From: Octopus sinensis
Lineage: Eukaryota
Length of the DNA: 42,884 nucleotides
Assembly (NCBI RefSeq): GCF_006345805.1
Contig: NW_021831901.1
Coordinates: 1 to 42,884, forward strand
Reading direction: 5' to 3'
In this document: positions 9,823-19,409 of the stretch, in pieces
Layout: each line of letters starts with the position of its first letter
Numbering within the stretch: position 1 is the first letter of the stretch
Translations under genes and position numbers: made by a program
The notes under the pieces: generated by a model
Seen by the model: only the letters and a program-made list of their open reading frames with translations
What the model was told of the DNA's origin: nothing
The model's database searches: none

Positions 9823-11760
9823 CATCATTATCATCATCATCATTTAACGTCCATTTTCCATTCTGGCATGGGTTGGACGGTTTGACTGAGAACTGGTAAG
9901 CCAAAGAGCTGCACCAGATTTCAGTCTGATTTGGCATAGTTTCTACGGCTGGATGCCCTTCCTAACACCAACCACTCCAAGACTGCAGTGCGTGCTTTTT
10001 ACGTGCCACTGGCACGGGTGCCAGTAACGTGACACCGGTAAAGGTTACAACTACGATCTCAATTGGCTTGACAGGTCTTCTCAAGTAGGTATATCTCCTG
10101 AGATCTCGGTTATGTCATTGCCTCCATTAGGTCCAACGTCCGAACGGTGCTTTTTACGTCCCACTGGCACCTGTACCAATCACACGACACTGACATCGAC
10201 CAGGACTGCGATATCACATAGCTTGACAGGTCTTTTCAAGCACAACATATTGCACAACGTTCGTAGGGAGCTATTTACGTACCAGTTACGCGACACTGGC
10301 ATCAGCCATGACTACGATTTCACTTGGCTTGACAGGTCTTCTGAAGCACAGCATATCGCCAAAGGTCTCGGTCACTTGCATCCGTGAAGCTCAATATTCG
10401 AAGTTCATGCTTCACCACCTCGTCCTATGTCTTCTTGGGTCTACCTCTTCCACAGGTTCCCTCCACCGTTAGAGCGTGGTACTTGTTCACACATCTCTCA
10501 TCGTCCATACGCATCACATGACCACATGAGTGCAGTCGTCTCTCTTGAACACTACATCTGATGCCACTTACGCCCAACTTTTCTCTCAAGACGTTTACAT
10601 TCAGTCCTGTATGCATACTGACATTATACATGAAGCAAAGCATACTGTCTTCATTTCTTAGAAGCCTATACCTATCATCGACGGTCATAGTTCATGTTTC
10701 ACTGCTGTATAGTATGGCTGTTTGCACACAGTCATCATACAATCTGTCTTTTACTCTGATGGAGAGGCCCTTTGTTATCAACAGAGGTAAGAGCTCTCTG
10801 AACTTTGCCCAGCCTATTCTCGCTACTGACTTTGTCACCTAGCTAATGGAAGCTATCAACTACTTCTAGTTTTTTTCCCTTGGCATTTTATGGAGTTTAT
10901 TTTCTGTACACTTTTAATGTTAATTGTACCTGTGCACCTTTCACAAACAAAAACTATATTTCCTGTTAACTTTCCTCTGATAATTCTGCACCTATTACAT
11001 GTCCATAGCTTACACCGGTTATATTTTATGGAGTTTTTTCTGTACACTTTTAATGTTAATTGTACCTGTGCACCTTTCACAAACAAAAACTATATTTCCT
11101 GTTAACTTTCCTCTGATAATTCTGCACCTATTACATGTCCATAGCTTACACCGGTTATATTTTATGGAGTTTCTACCTACGCCTTTACCACAGATCGAGC
11201 AGGGCCATCTACCGGAAGGGATTTGTGATTTGTTTGCTCTCGTGCTTACTAAGGCTTTGGCTTTTGCTAGATTAACTCTAAGGCCCTCTGATTCTAGAGC
11301 TTGCTTCCTCGTCTGAAATTTCTTCTTTAGTTCTGATAGCCATTCAGCAATAAAAACAATGTCATCAGCATAGAGGAGCTCCCAGGAGCAGCTCGTCTTA
11401 AATTCTTGTTATTGCCTGGAGGATTATGTTAAATAAGATGGGGATGAGGACTGATTCTTGGCGAGCCCCTACTTGCATCCTAAATTCATCGCTATACTTG
11501 TTGCTAACCTTCAGCTTACTGACAGCATTCCTGTACATGGCTTGTACAGCACTCACCAATCACTCGTCTTTCCCTAGCTACATATTGATCACCAGATAAA
11601 GGAGCGAGGAACGCTGTCAAAGGCTTTCTCCATGTCGACAAAAGCCAGGTACAGGGGTTTATCTTTGGCTAGATATTTCTCCCGTCGTTGCCTAATCAGG
11701 AATATATTATCAGTCGTGCTCCTGTCTGGCACAAATCCGAAATGCTTCTCATTTACACTA
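9823..11760 (-). mobile_element. 5'-truncated RTE-clade LINE: RT domain, Cys-finger, C-terminus, 3'UTR and (GAT)n tail
   Basis: HFGFVPDRSTTDNIFLIRQRREKYLAKDKPLYLAFVDMEKAFDSVPR (RT), VSAVQAMYRNAVSK, WKQALESKGLRVNLAK, ERRLHSCGHVMRMDD..VEGTCGRGRPKKT*DEVVKHELR (RTE C-terminus). The 3'UTR contains ggttggtgttaggaagggcatccagccgtagaaac and ends in (GAT)n. Many stops. Confidence 0.93.
10885..11172. repeat. Near-perfect ~137-bp tandem duplication inside the RTE
   Basis: attttatggagttt recurs at 10885, 11023 and 11159. The two units are identical except for a short T-run difference. Confidence 0.95.
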
Positions 11761-12068
11761 TTCGGCGTATTCGAGCGGTTCCAAGCAGTGCTGTTTTCTG
11801 CAAGTGCTTGACCCTTATTGCAGCCCATATTTCTTCCACGTACTTCTCGACATTTTTGCTCGCTGTTCCCAGGGCTCCGTCTATTATTGGTACTACTGCT
11901 ACCTTTTTCATCGACCACAACTTCTTAACTTCCCAGGCTAACCTGTCATATCTCTCAACTTTTCTTTCTTCTTTATAGCATACCTTCTTATCAGTTGGGA
12001 TTGCTATATTTATGAACTAGCATAGTTTGTTTTCTTTATCAATTAAGACTGTCTGACTTTCTATTCTC
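11755..12068 (-). mobile_element. R4/Dong-type LINE fragment 1 (restriction-like endonuclease C-terminus)
   Basis: NRKSD...INIAIPTDKKVCYKEERKVERYDRLAWEVKKLWSMKKVAVVPIIDGALGT...LQKTALLGTARI matches the RKPD..IDIAxP.D..KE.K..Y..L..E..LW..VVPIxIGALG..LQKxALLGTAR RLE signature. The 5' truncation abuts (AAT)n. Confidence 0.88.
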
Positions 12069-12088
12069 TATTATTATTATTATTATTA

Positions 12089-12150
<62 letters not shown>
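12069..12150. repeat. (ATT)n microsatellite
   Basis: Direct; further tracts at 12708-12777, 14531-14589, 15230-15303, 37915-37964 and 38519-38620. Confidence 0.97.
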
Positions 12151-12705
12151 GAGTGAGAGAGCAGTTCATGTCATCAAAGTGACACTGGGGTAAAATATAC
12201 GAAGCCCAATATACCCATCATTACTACCCGTCTGATAAGGGTACACCAGGCACATGCATCACAACCATATGTGCGCGACATGGTGATCTTATATCAAGAT
12301 AAACAGCACATGACCTTGCAGGTGGGGCCCAGTTAGATTTTTCTTCAGGTTGAGTAGCCCATCCCGCTCAAAAGGTCCCCTGAATAAGGGTTGTTTAAGG
12401 ATGTTGAAAGAACCACCCATGTTTCCAGAGGTGAATTATTCAAACCCCAAAGAATCCCTCTCAACACATGGCTATGATGCTCCCCCACTACTTCTGCTCG
12501 TGATCAGAGATGCACATATCGTCAGCCACTAAGGGACATGCTCAACTGGTTAAGGTCAAACAACTGACAAGCAAATCTGTGGTATTGAGCAGAATATTTG
12601 CTGTAGCCCATCTTTTATACCAAAACAAAACAATGTACATGATAACACTTCCAATCAGTTAAGATCAGAAGCCATGAGAGCCACTGCCTGGTACTGCATC
12701 AGGGC

Positions 12706-12707
<2 letters not shown>
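12151..12707. mobile_element. Element Y copy 1: ~555-bp non-coding interspersed element embedded in (ATT)n
   Basis: Begins gagtgagagagcag and ends gtactgcatcagggca. Colinear copies at 14590-15126 and 37965-38518, all flanked by (ATT)n on both sides. Confidence 0.9.
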
Positions 12708-12772
<65 letters not shown>

Positions 12773-12777
12773 GTTAT

Positions 12778-13810
12778 AATATGAAAACTCACAGCTTATT
12801 TTGCTGGGCATGATGGAAAGTGTCAGCTGCTCACGGCCAGCAGACTAGGGTGACATTTGTTTACTGGTCATGCTTCAAGAAACCTGCAAAGAATTCTTGC
12901 AGCTCCAAGCAATTCTGATTTTGTTCAGCTGATCTTTTTCAGCCATGTTGAGTGCTGATACTTCCAAGTGCACCAATTACTATTGATATCACGTATACTC
13001 TTTTCATTGATCACAGCTTTTGTATTACCCACTTCAAATCATTATAGTTGTTTATTTTTTTCTTCTTTCACATTGATCCTGTTGTCGCTGGGGCATGTTA
13101 TGTCGATTATCATATATGCTCTTTCTTTTCTTTTCACTACAAGAATGTCCAGTTTCCGATGTCTGGTCGGATGAACACACTGGATCATTGCATCCCACAG
13201 GATTTTGCAATTCTCATTTTCACTGACTCCTTCTTGAGTTTGCTCATACCACGCGTCTCTGCTCTTTGTAGGCGGTGATTTCCACAGAGATCTCAATGGA
13301 TCGTTCTTGCCACTTTGTCATGGTGTCTTTTGCATTCGTATTGTGCTAATTTCGGGCATTCACTAACGATGTGCCATGCTGTTTCACCCCTCTCACCACA
13401 CATTCTGCATTTGTCACTATCGGTAGTATTGTCTATTCTGCATTTCATATAGTTGGTCCTTAACGCCTGTTCCTGAGCTGCGCATATGAGTGCTTCTGTC
13501 TCTCTCTTCAGGTCACACCTTCTCGTCCTCCTCCTCGTCTTCCTCCTTCTCCTTCACCTCTTCCATAATCACCCGCCCTCTTTATCCGTCTTGGCGTGCA
13601 CATCTCTTGCAAACTGACCGTACATTGTTTTATGTTCATGCTTTTTTTGTTTGTTTATTTCTTGTTTAAACTTTTCTTTCGTCACATTACTTTTAGTTTT
13701 GATTATGCAATGGCTCCAGGTCTTCAACAATGGCTCCACGGCATTTTTAATATACCACCCTAAGCTGTTTTTCTCTCCTTCGATACAGACCTGGCACATT
13801 TTTGTAACAA
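12778..13810 (-). mobile_element. R4/Dong-type LINE fragment 2 (CCHC finger, RLE, 3'UTR, (AAT)n tail)
   Basis: EKNSLGWYIKNAVEPLL..MYGQFARD, LKRETEALICAAQEQALRTN, CRMCGERGETAWHIVSEC (CCHC), WYEQTQEGVSENENCKILWD..RHRKLDI..IIDITCPSD, IVIGALG. The 3' end runs into (AAT)n. Confidence 0.92.
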
Positions 13811-14528
13811 TCCTTGCCGAGACACTCTCAACATCCTAGGGCGCGTGAAGGATAAGATATATTACTGTATGACTGAGAGCTTGGGGAGGCGAAGTGGCAG
13901 GACCAGAAGCGAAATATCTTCATGTAATACAAAACAGGCTTTTAAATGGTTAGGTCTTTTCCTAGAGTGTAGGCAGTACTTGTCAGCACAATCTTTTGGA
14001 TTTGTCCGTGACATTGTTCTCCTGGGATCTTATCTAGATGTTTCTGAATTCCCTTTTTATCACATCTAGAGTATCTACAATAGCAGGAACAGTTCCCGCT
14101 TTAAAATGCCACATCTTTTGTATTTCAATTTCAAGGTCTTTATTTTTGCTAATTTATCAAATTCCTTTACAGATATATTTTTATCAGTGGGAACACGTTT
14201 AGCTATTAATCTACAAGTATTTAATAATTATGTCTGCTCGATTAACCTGGATCGTTCTGTAGTATAGACTGGAAAATCTCAGAAGATAATGACATTCTTA
14301 CCTTCAACGACTAGCTCAGGATGATGTTCATAGCAGTAAGCAGGAGTGTTGATTTTGTAGTGTTTACATATTTTTCAATGTAAATACTGTCCTATCCCAT
14401 TGTGGCGATTTTTGTATTCGTTTGGTGTCTGCAAAGGACACCCCGAGACAAGATGGACTATTGTTTCGTAAAAGGTATCGCATAATCCGCATTTAAAGCC
14501 AGAACCGTTTTGAAGAACGTTAGCCTGG

Positions 14529-14530
<2 letters not shown>
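13811..14530 (-). mobile_element. R4/Dong-type LINE fragment 3, a different subfamily (CCHC, RLE, partial 3'UTR)
   Basis: QANVLQNGSGFKCGLCDTFYETIVHLVSGC (CCHC), EYKNRHNGIGQYLH, YEHHPELVVEGKNVI..DFPV, KDLEIEIQKMWH..TVPAIV. The 5' truncation abuts (AAT)n at 14530. Confidence 0.88.
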
Positions 14531-14589
<59 letters not shown>

Positions 14590-15126
14590 GAGTGAGAGAG
14601 CAGCGCATGCCATCAAAGTAACACTGGGGTAAAATATACGAAGCCCAGTATACCCATAAGGGAACATCAGGCACATGCATCACAACCATATGTGCGCGAC
14701 ATGGTGATCTTATATCAAGATAAACAGCGCATGACCTTGCTGGTGGGGGTCCAGTTAGAATTTTCTTCAGGTAGAGTAGCCTATTCCGCTGAAAAGGTCC
14801 CTGAATAAGGATTGTTTAAGGATGTTGAACGAAATGCCTGTTTCCGAAAGTGAATTATCCAAACCTCCGAGACCTCCCCTCAACACATGGCTATGATGCT
14901 CTCCCACTATTTCTGCTCGTGATCAGAGATGCACATATCGTCAGCCAATAAGGGACATGCTCAGCTGGTTTAAGGTCAAGCAACTGACAAGCAACTCTGA
15001 GGTATTGAACAGAATATTTGCTGAAACCAATCTTTTATACCAAGACAAAATAATATACATGATAATACTTGCAACCAGTTAAGATCAGAAGCCACGAGAT
15101 CCACTGCCTGGTACTGCATCAGAGCA
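14590..15126. mobile_element. Element Y copy 2 (small internal deletion near 14655)
   Basis: Same termini and internal sequence as 12151-12707; flanked by (ATT)n. Confidence 0.9.
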
Positions 15127-15251
15127 TATTATTATTGTTGTTGTTTTTGTTGTTTTTGTTGTTGTTGTTGTTGTTGTTGCTGCTGTTATTGTCATCATCA
15201 TCAACAACAAATAGAACAACAACAACAATAATAATAATAATATTAATATTC

Positions 15252-15304
<53 letters not shown>

Positions 15305-15508
15305 CCTTTCTACTATAGGCACAAAATTTTCGGGAAGGGGACTAGTCACTTATATCGACTCCAGTGTTCCGAACACTGGTAGTTGATTTAGCAATCCTAA
15401 AAGGATGAAAGGCAAATTCGACCTCGACGGAATTCGAACTCAGAACATGACGACGGAGGAAATGCCGCCAAACATTATATGCCCGGCGTGCTAACGATTC
15501 GTCAGCTC
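15305..15508 (-). mobile_element. tRNA-derived SINE family B
   Basis: Reverse of gagctgacgaatcgttagcacgccgggc...ttctgagttcgaattccgtcgagg (B-box-like GAGTTCGAATTCC)...gcctttcatcc...gtgcctatagtagaaagga(tta)n. Confidence 0.8.
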
Positions 15509-15683
15509 AATAATAATGAATATTGCACACAGTATAAACGCGCTGTTTTTATATTTGTCTTTATAATGTCTCCATCTGTTTCTCCTGCAGAAATAGGAGT
15601 GCCTATTTAACAGCAGTTATTTATGATCTTATTGTAAAGTAATCATTTTAATGTTTTCTTTCGGTTCGCTTTTTGTCGTATAG

Positions 15684-15884
15684 ATGGAAACATCTGGCAA
15701 GAACTTAGTAACAAAGTTAATGGTATACAATGTTTAGTTTTGTTTCTTTGAAGTTCTGAGTTTACAATCCTACGAAGGACCACTTTATCTTTCATCATTT
15801 CCTGTTCGATAAAATAGTTCGAGTGAAGCAGCAGAATCAATATGAATGACTATATTTAACCACGTGGCTATAATGGAAATGGAG
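15684..15884 (+). other. Candidate spliced exon (mostly UTR-like; possible start MTIFNHVAIMEME at 15846)
   Basis: Pyrimidine-rich acceptor ttttctttcggttcgctttttgtcgtatag| at 15683, a second acceptor tgtttctcctgcag| at 15590, and a consensus donor gag|gtgagt at 15884/15885, all in non-repetitive sequence. No homology evidence. Confidence 0.25.
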
Positions 15885-16021
15885 GTGAGTATAGCACGGT
15901 GACGTATTACATCCTTTGCTATATTAGTTTGTATTTCTTGCCGTTGTCCAAAGCTAGATTTCCCTTTCATTCATTCGAAAATATACCTTTCATTCATTCG
16001 TAGATATACCATTCGGGAATG

Positions 16022-16105
16022 TGAGGGTGCGTGGAATGATGGCTAGAGTATTCGATCCACGACTGTAAGGTCGTGATTTCGATTCCTGGCCTCGCGTTAT
16101 GTCCG
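16022..16105 (+). mobile_element. Degenerate tRNA-like SINE head (family D type)
   Basis: gagggtgcgtggaatgatggctagagtattcg...gtaaggtcgtgatttcgattcctgg resembles the head at 36991. Confidence 0.55.
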
Positions 16106-16874
16106 TGCACAAAAAAGTTCATACATACGTATATATACGCACATGCACAAGAACGTGTGTGTGTGTGCGTATATAGACGCGTACGGGTATGCGCGTGTGT
16201 GTGTGCGTGCATACAGGTATGTGCGTATATAGACGTGTTTTTTCTCTTATTGCTTATTTTTTTATACTTCTTTACACTTTCTGTATTGTTGCCTTTAGCC
16301 CTCTTTTTTCTTGTGCTTGTGCGTATATAGACGTGTGTATGAACCTTTTTGGTGCGCGTGTGTGTGGGGGGATGGTATATATATATATATATATTTGTTG
16401 TTTTTTTGGTGAATGGTGTGGGTGAGAATGTATATGTTTCAAGTGAGGGTGGATGTGAGTATACTTATAGGCGCATGTACGTGGGTGTGCGGGCGCGCAT
16501 GTGTAGGTGTAGACATGCGTGCTTACGCGGATATTATGTTCATATTTACCCGCTTACTTTTACTCCCCCGCCTCACTTAGCGGTCATTCAAATAGCCCTT
16601 TTGTCTTAATAACGGTCAATCACACAGTAATTTCCCTTTGCTTAACGGTCATTTTCATAGCATTTTTTCCGATGACCGGATAGCTGAAGAGTTGGCGGCG
16701 TGGATTTCCACCCCGATATTCGAAACTCGGAGTTATATCATGGCTACAGAATAATTGTCACTTATTACATTTTCAGATAAATTCCCCTATTTACATATCA
16801 AGGTCTCTTTCATTCTTTTGTTGCCTTCCCATTTCTATCAATATATATATATATAATATATATATATGTATATA

Positions 16875-16913
<39 letters not shown>

Positions 16914-16916
16914 TAT

Positions 16917-16948
<32 letters not shown>

Positions 16949-17029
16949 ATACATATATATATATATAATACATATATATATGTACAAATATATATGTATA
17001 TATATACATATATATATATATAATATATA

Positions 17030-17120
<91 letters not shown>

Positions 17121-17163
17121 ATATAGGCGTAGGCGTGGGAAGTAGGCGCAGTCGAGGCATATA

Positions 17164-17562
17164 GTTGCAGGCTTGTCTGTGTGGTAAGAAGTATTCTTCG
17201 CAACCACATGGTATCGGGTTCAGTCCCACTGCGTGGTACCTTGGGCAAGGTGTCTTCCACTATAGTTTCGGGCCGACCAAAGTCTTGTTAATGGATTTGG
17301 CTAAGGGAAACTGAAAGAAGCCTGTCGTATATATGTGTGTGTGTGTATGTGTGTGTGTCTGTGTTTGTCCCCCTAGCATTGCTTGACAACCGATGCTGGT
17401 GTGTTTACGTTCCCGTCACTTAGCGGTTCGGCAAAAGAGACCGATAGAATAAGTACTGGGCTTACAAAGAATAAGTACCGGGGTCGATTTGCTCGACTAA
17501 AGGCGGTGCTCCAGCATGGCCGTAGTCAAATGACTGAAACAAGTAAAAAGAGAAAGAGAAAA
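17164..17562 (+). mobile_element. tRNA-derived SINE family A, near full length with an internal (TG)n tract
   Basis: A-box-like tgtctgtgtggtaag, B-box-like ggttcagtccc, accttgggcaag, an internal GT repeat, and a 3' end ccagcatggccgtagtcaaatgactgaaacaagtaaaaagag. Fragments elsewhere in the window match. Confidence 0.88.
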
Positions 17563-17565
17563 AAG

Positions 17566-17598
<33 letters not shown>

Positions 17599-17661
17599 TA
17601 TGTGTATACACATATGAATATGTAGATAAATGGTTACGTTGTTATAAACATAAAATGCATA

Positions 17662-17724
17662 GCAGTGGTGCCCCAGCATGGCCGCGGCCTTCGGGCTAAA
17701 ACATTTTTAAGGATTTAAGGATTT
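17662..17724 (+). mobile_element. SINE 3' fragment with an alternative (TTTAAGGA)n tail
   Basis: gtggtgccccagcatggccgcggccttcgggctaaaacatttttaaggatttaagg shares ccagcatggccgc with family A. Confidence 0.55.
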
Positions 17725-17976
17725 ATATGTTTATACACTCACAAAAACCTAGATATGTATAAATGTTTATACATATGCTTAAATATATACACATTCTTGT
17801 GTGTGTATGTGTGTGCCTGTGTGTTGTTGTGTATGTATACGTGCCACTGTGTATAAATATTGATGGAGATGGTGATTTTACTGCATATCTCTTCCTATGT
17901 ACTGCGTAGTCTATTTTAAAAATAAGTATATTTTCATATAGCCCAGCAACTTCATACGTACATAGCCCCCTGCCTC

Positions 17977-18033
<57 letters not shown>

Positions 18034-18052
18034 TGTGTGTGTGTGTGTGTGT

Positions 18053-19055
18053 ATCAGGCTGAGTAAAAATGAAGCAACCATGAAGAATTTCTACCGAATT
18101 TTTGCAGAGTTCTGAATATTTAAAACATTTTTTTGCAATTGTCTGATAAAGCTGATATAAGCTTGCCTAAATGCATCAATAAATTAACGTTGATGCTTTT
18201 TTCACTGTTGTTACAATCATCTGAAATGGAACTGTTAAAGCGCGATATTCGAGCAATTTTGCTATTCAACTTTCGGTCCGCTCGAAAATGGCTTAAACGA
18301 TTTCGCAGTGAAGACCTGAGCCTTGAAGATTGTGAGTGTAGTGTACTCCCATCTGTCATCGATAACGGTCAATTAAAGACCGTCATTGAGAAAGATTCAC
18401 TCAAAACCACTCGAGAACTTCAAGTTACCCAGAAAACTGCCTGCAACCATTTACATGCGATCGGAAAATCAAAAAGCTCGACAAATGGGTATCACACGTT
18501 TTGAATGAAAATCAGAAAATGTGCAGATATGATATTTGATGGTCACTTCTTCCTTCGTCGTAACCACGCCGATCCCTTTCTCTATCGTACAGTAACTTGT
18601 GATGAAAAGCGGATTCTGTATAATAGTAAAAAACGTTCTTCGTAGTGGTTGGACCAAAATGAAGCACCGAAAACCTTTCCTAAACTCGAGCTCTTCAAAA
18701 GGAAGTTATAGTGACTGTTTGGCCGTGTACAGCTGGACGTGTCCACTATAACTTCTTAAAACCCAGAAAAACCACTATTGCAGACAGTTTGCCATTGAAA
18801 TTGCCAAAATGAACGAAAAACTACTACACCTCCGTCACAGACTGGTCACCAGAATAGGGTCAATCATTCTTCATTATAATGCTCGACCACACTTTCCACT
18901 AATGACACTCCAGAAGTTGAGGGAACTTAGCTACGAAATTTTGTCCCGAACCAACTCATTTCCCATACTTTTCCCCTACCGACTACCACTTTTTCAAACT
19001 CCGTGATGGTTTCCTGCGAGAGAAAGAGTTCAAAAATCAAACATATGTCTGAAAA
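18053..19055 (+). mobile_element. Decayed mariner (DD34D-type) transposon
   Basis: KRDIRAILLFNF..ARKWLKRFRSEDLSLED..KTTREL..NHLHAIGK..KLDKWV; VTCDEK (first D); HYNARPH (cf. HDNARPH); FSPTDYHFF (cf. SPDLAPSDYHLF). Many frameshifts. The left end tatcaggctgagtaaaaa is TIR-like; no matching right TIR was seen. Confidence 0.9.
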
Positions 19056-19409
19056 TTAGAACTTTTATATTAAATGCCCAGAGTGTATTTGGTCAGAGCG
19101 TACATTGGGCATAACAAATTTTAATTAGAAAAAGTTCAAAACTTTTGGTCATGACTGTGTATATATATATATATATATATATGTATTTGTATGTATGTAT
19201 GTATGTATGTATGTATGTATGTATGTATGCATGTATGTATATATACTTTATTTAAAAGGACCAGAAAAATAACAAAAGCTGTTACTCATAGATTCACGTT
19301 CCCATACGTCAGACAGTTTTGTTATATTGTTATATTTCTGCTGCTTTTAAATAAAGTATATCACTCTACCTCTGGTATTTGAGTACTCTTTTTTCCACCT
19401 TGTTTCACA

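Noticed and set aside
12660-12707. Resemblance of the element Y end (taagatcag; cctggtactgca) to U2 snRNA segments
   Set aside because: Only two short matches, with no branch-point recognition sequence or Sm site in register; consistent with chance.
15643-15840. Minus-strand 52-codon open frame after a ...gaacag acceptor (EMMKDKVVLRRIVNSELQ...)
   Set aside because: No recognisable domain, and a length expected by chance; stronger splice signals lie on the opposite strand.
18053-19055. Functional or domesticated (SETMAR-like) mariner transposase
   Set aside because: Multiple frameshifts and stops, the second catalytic D is mutated (HYNARPH), and there is no fused host domain.
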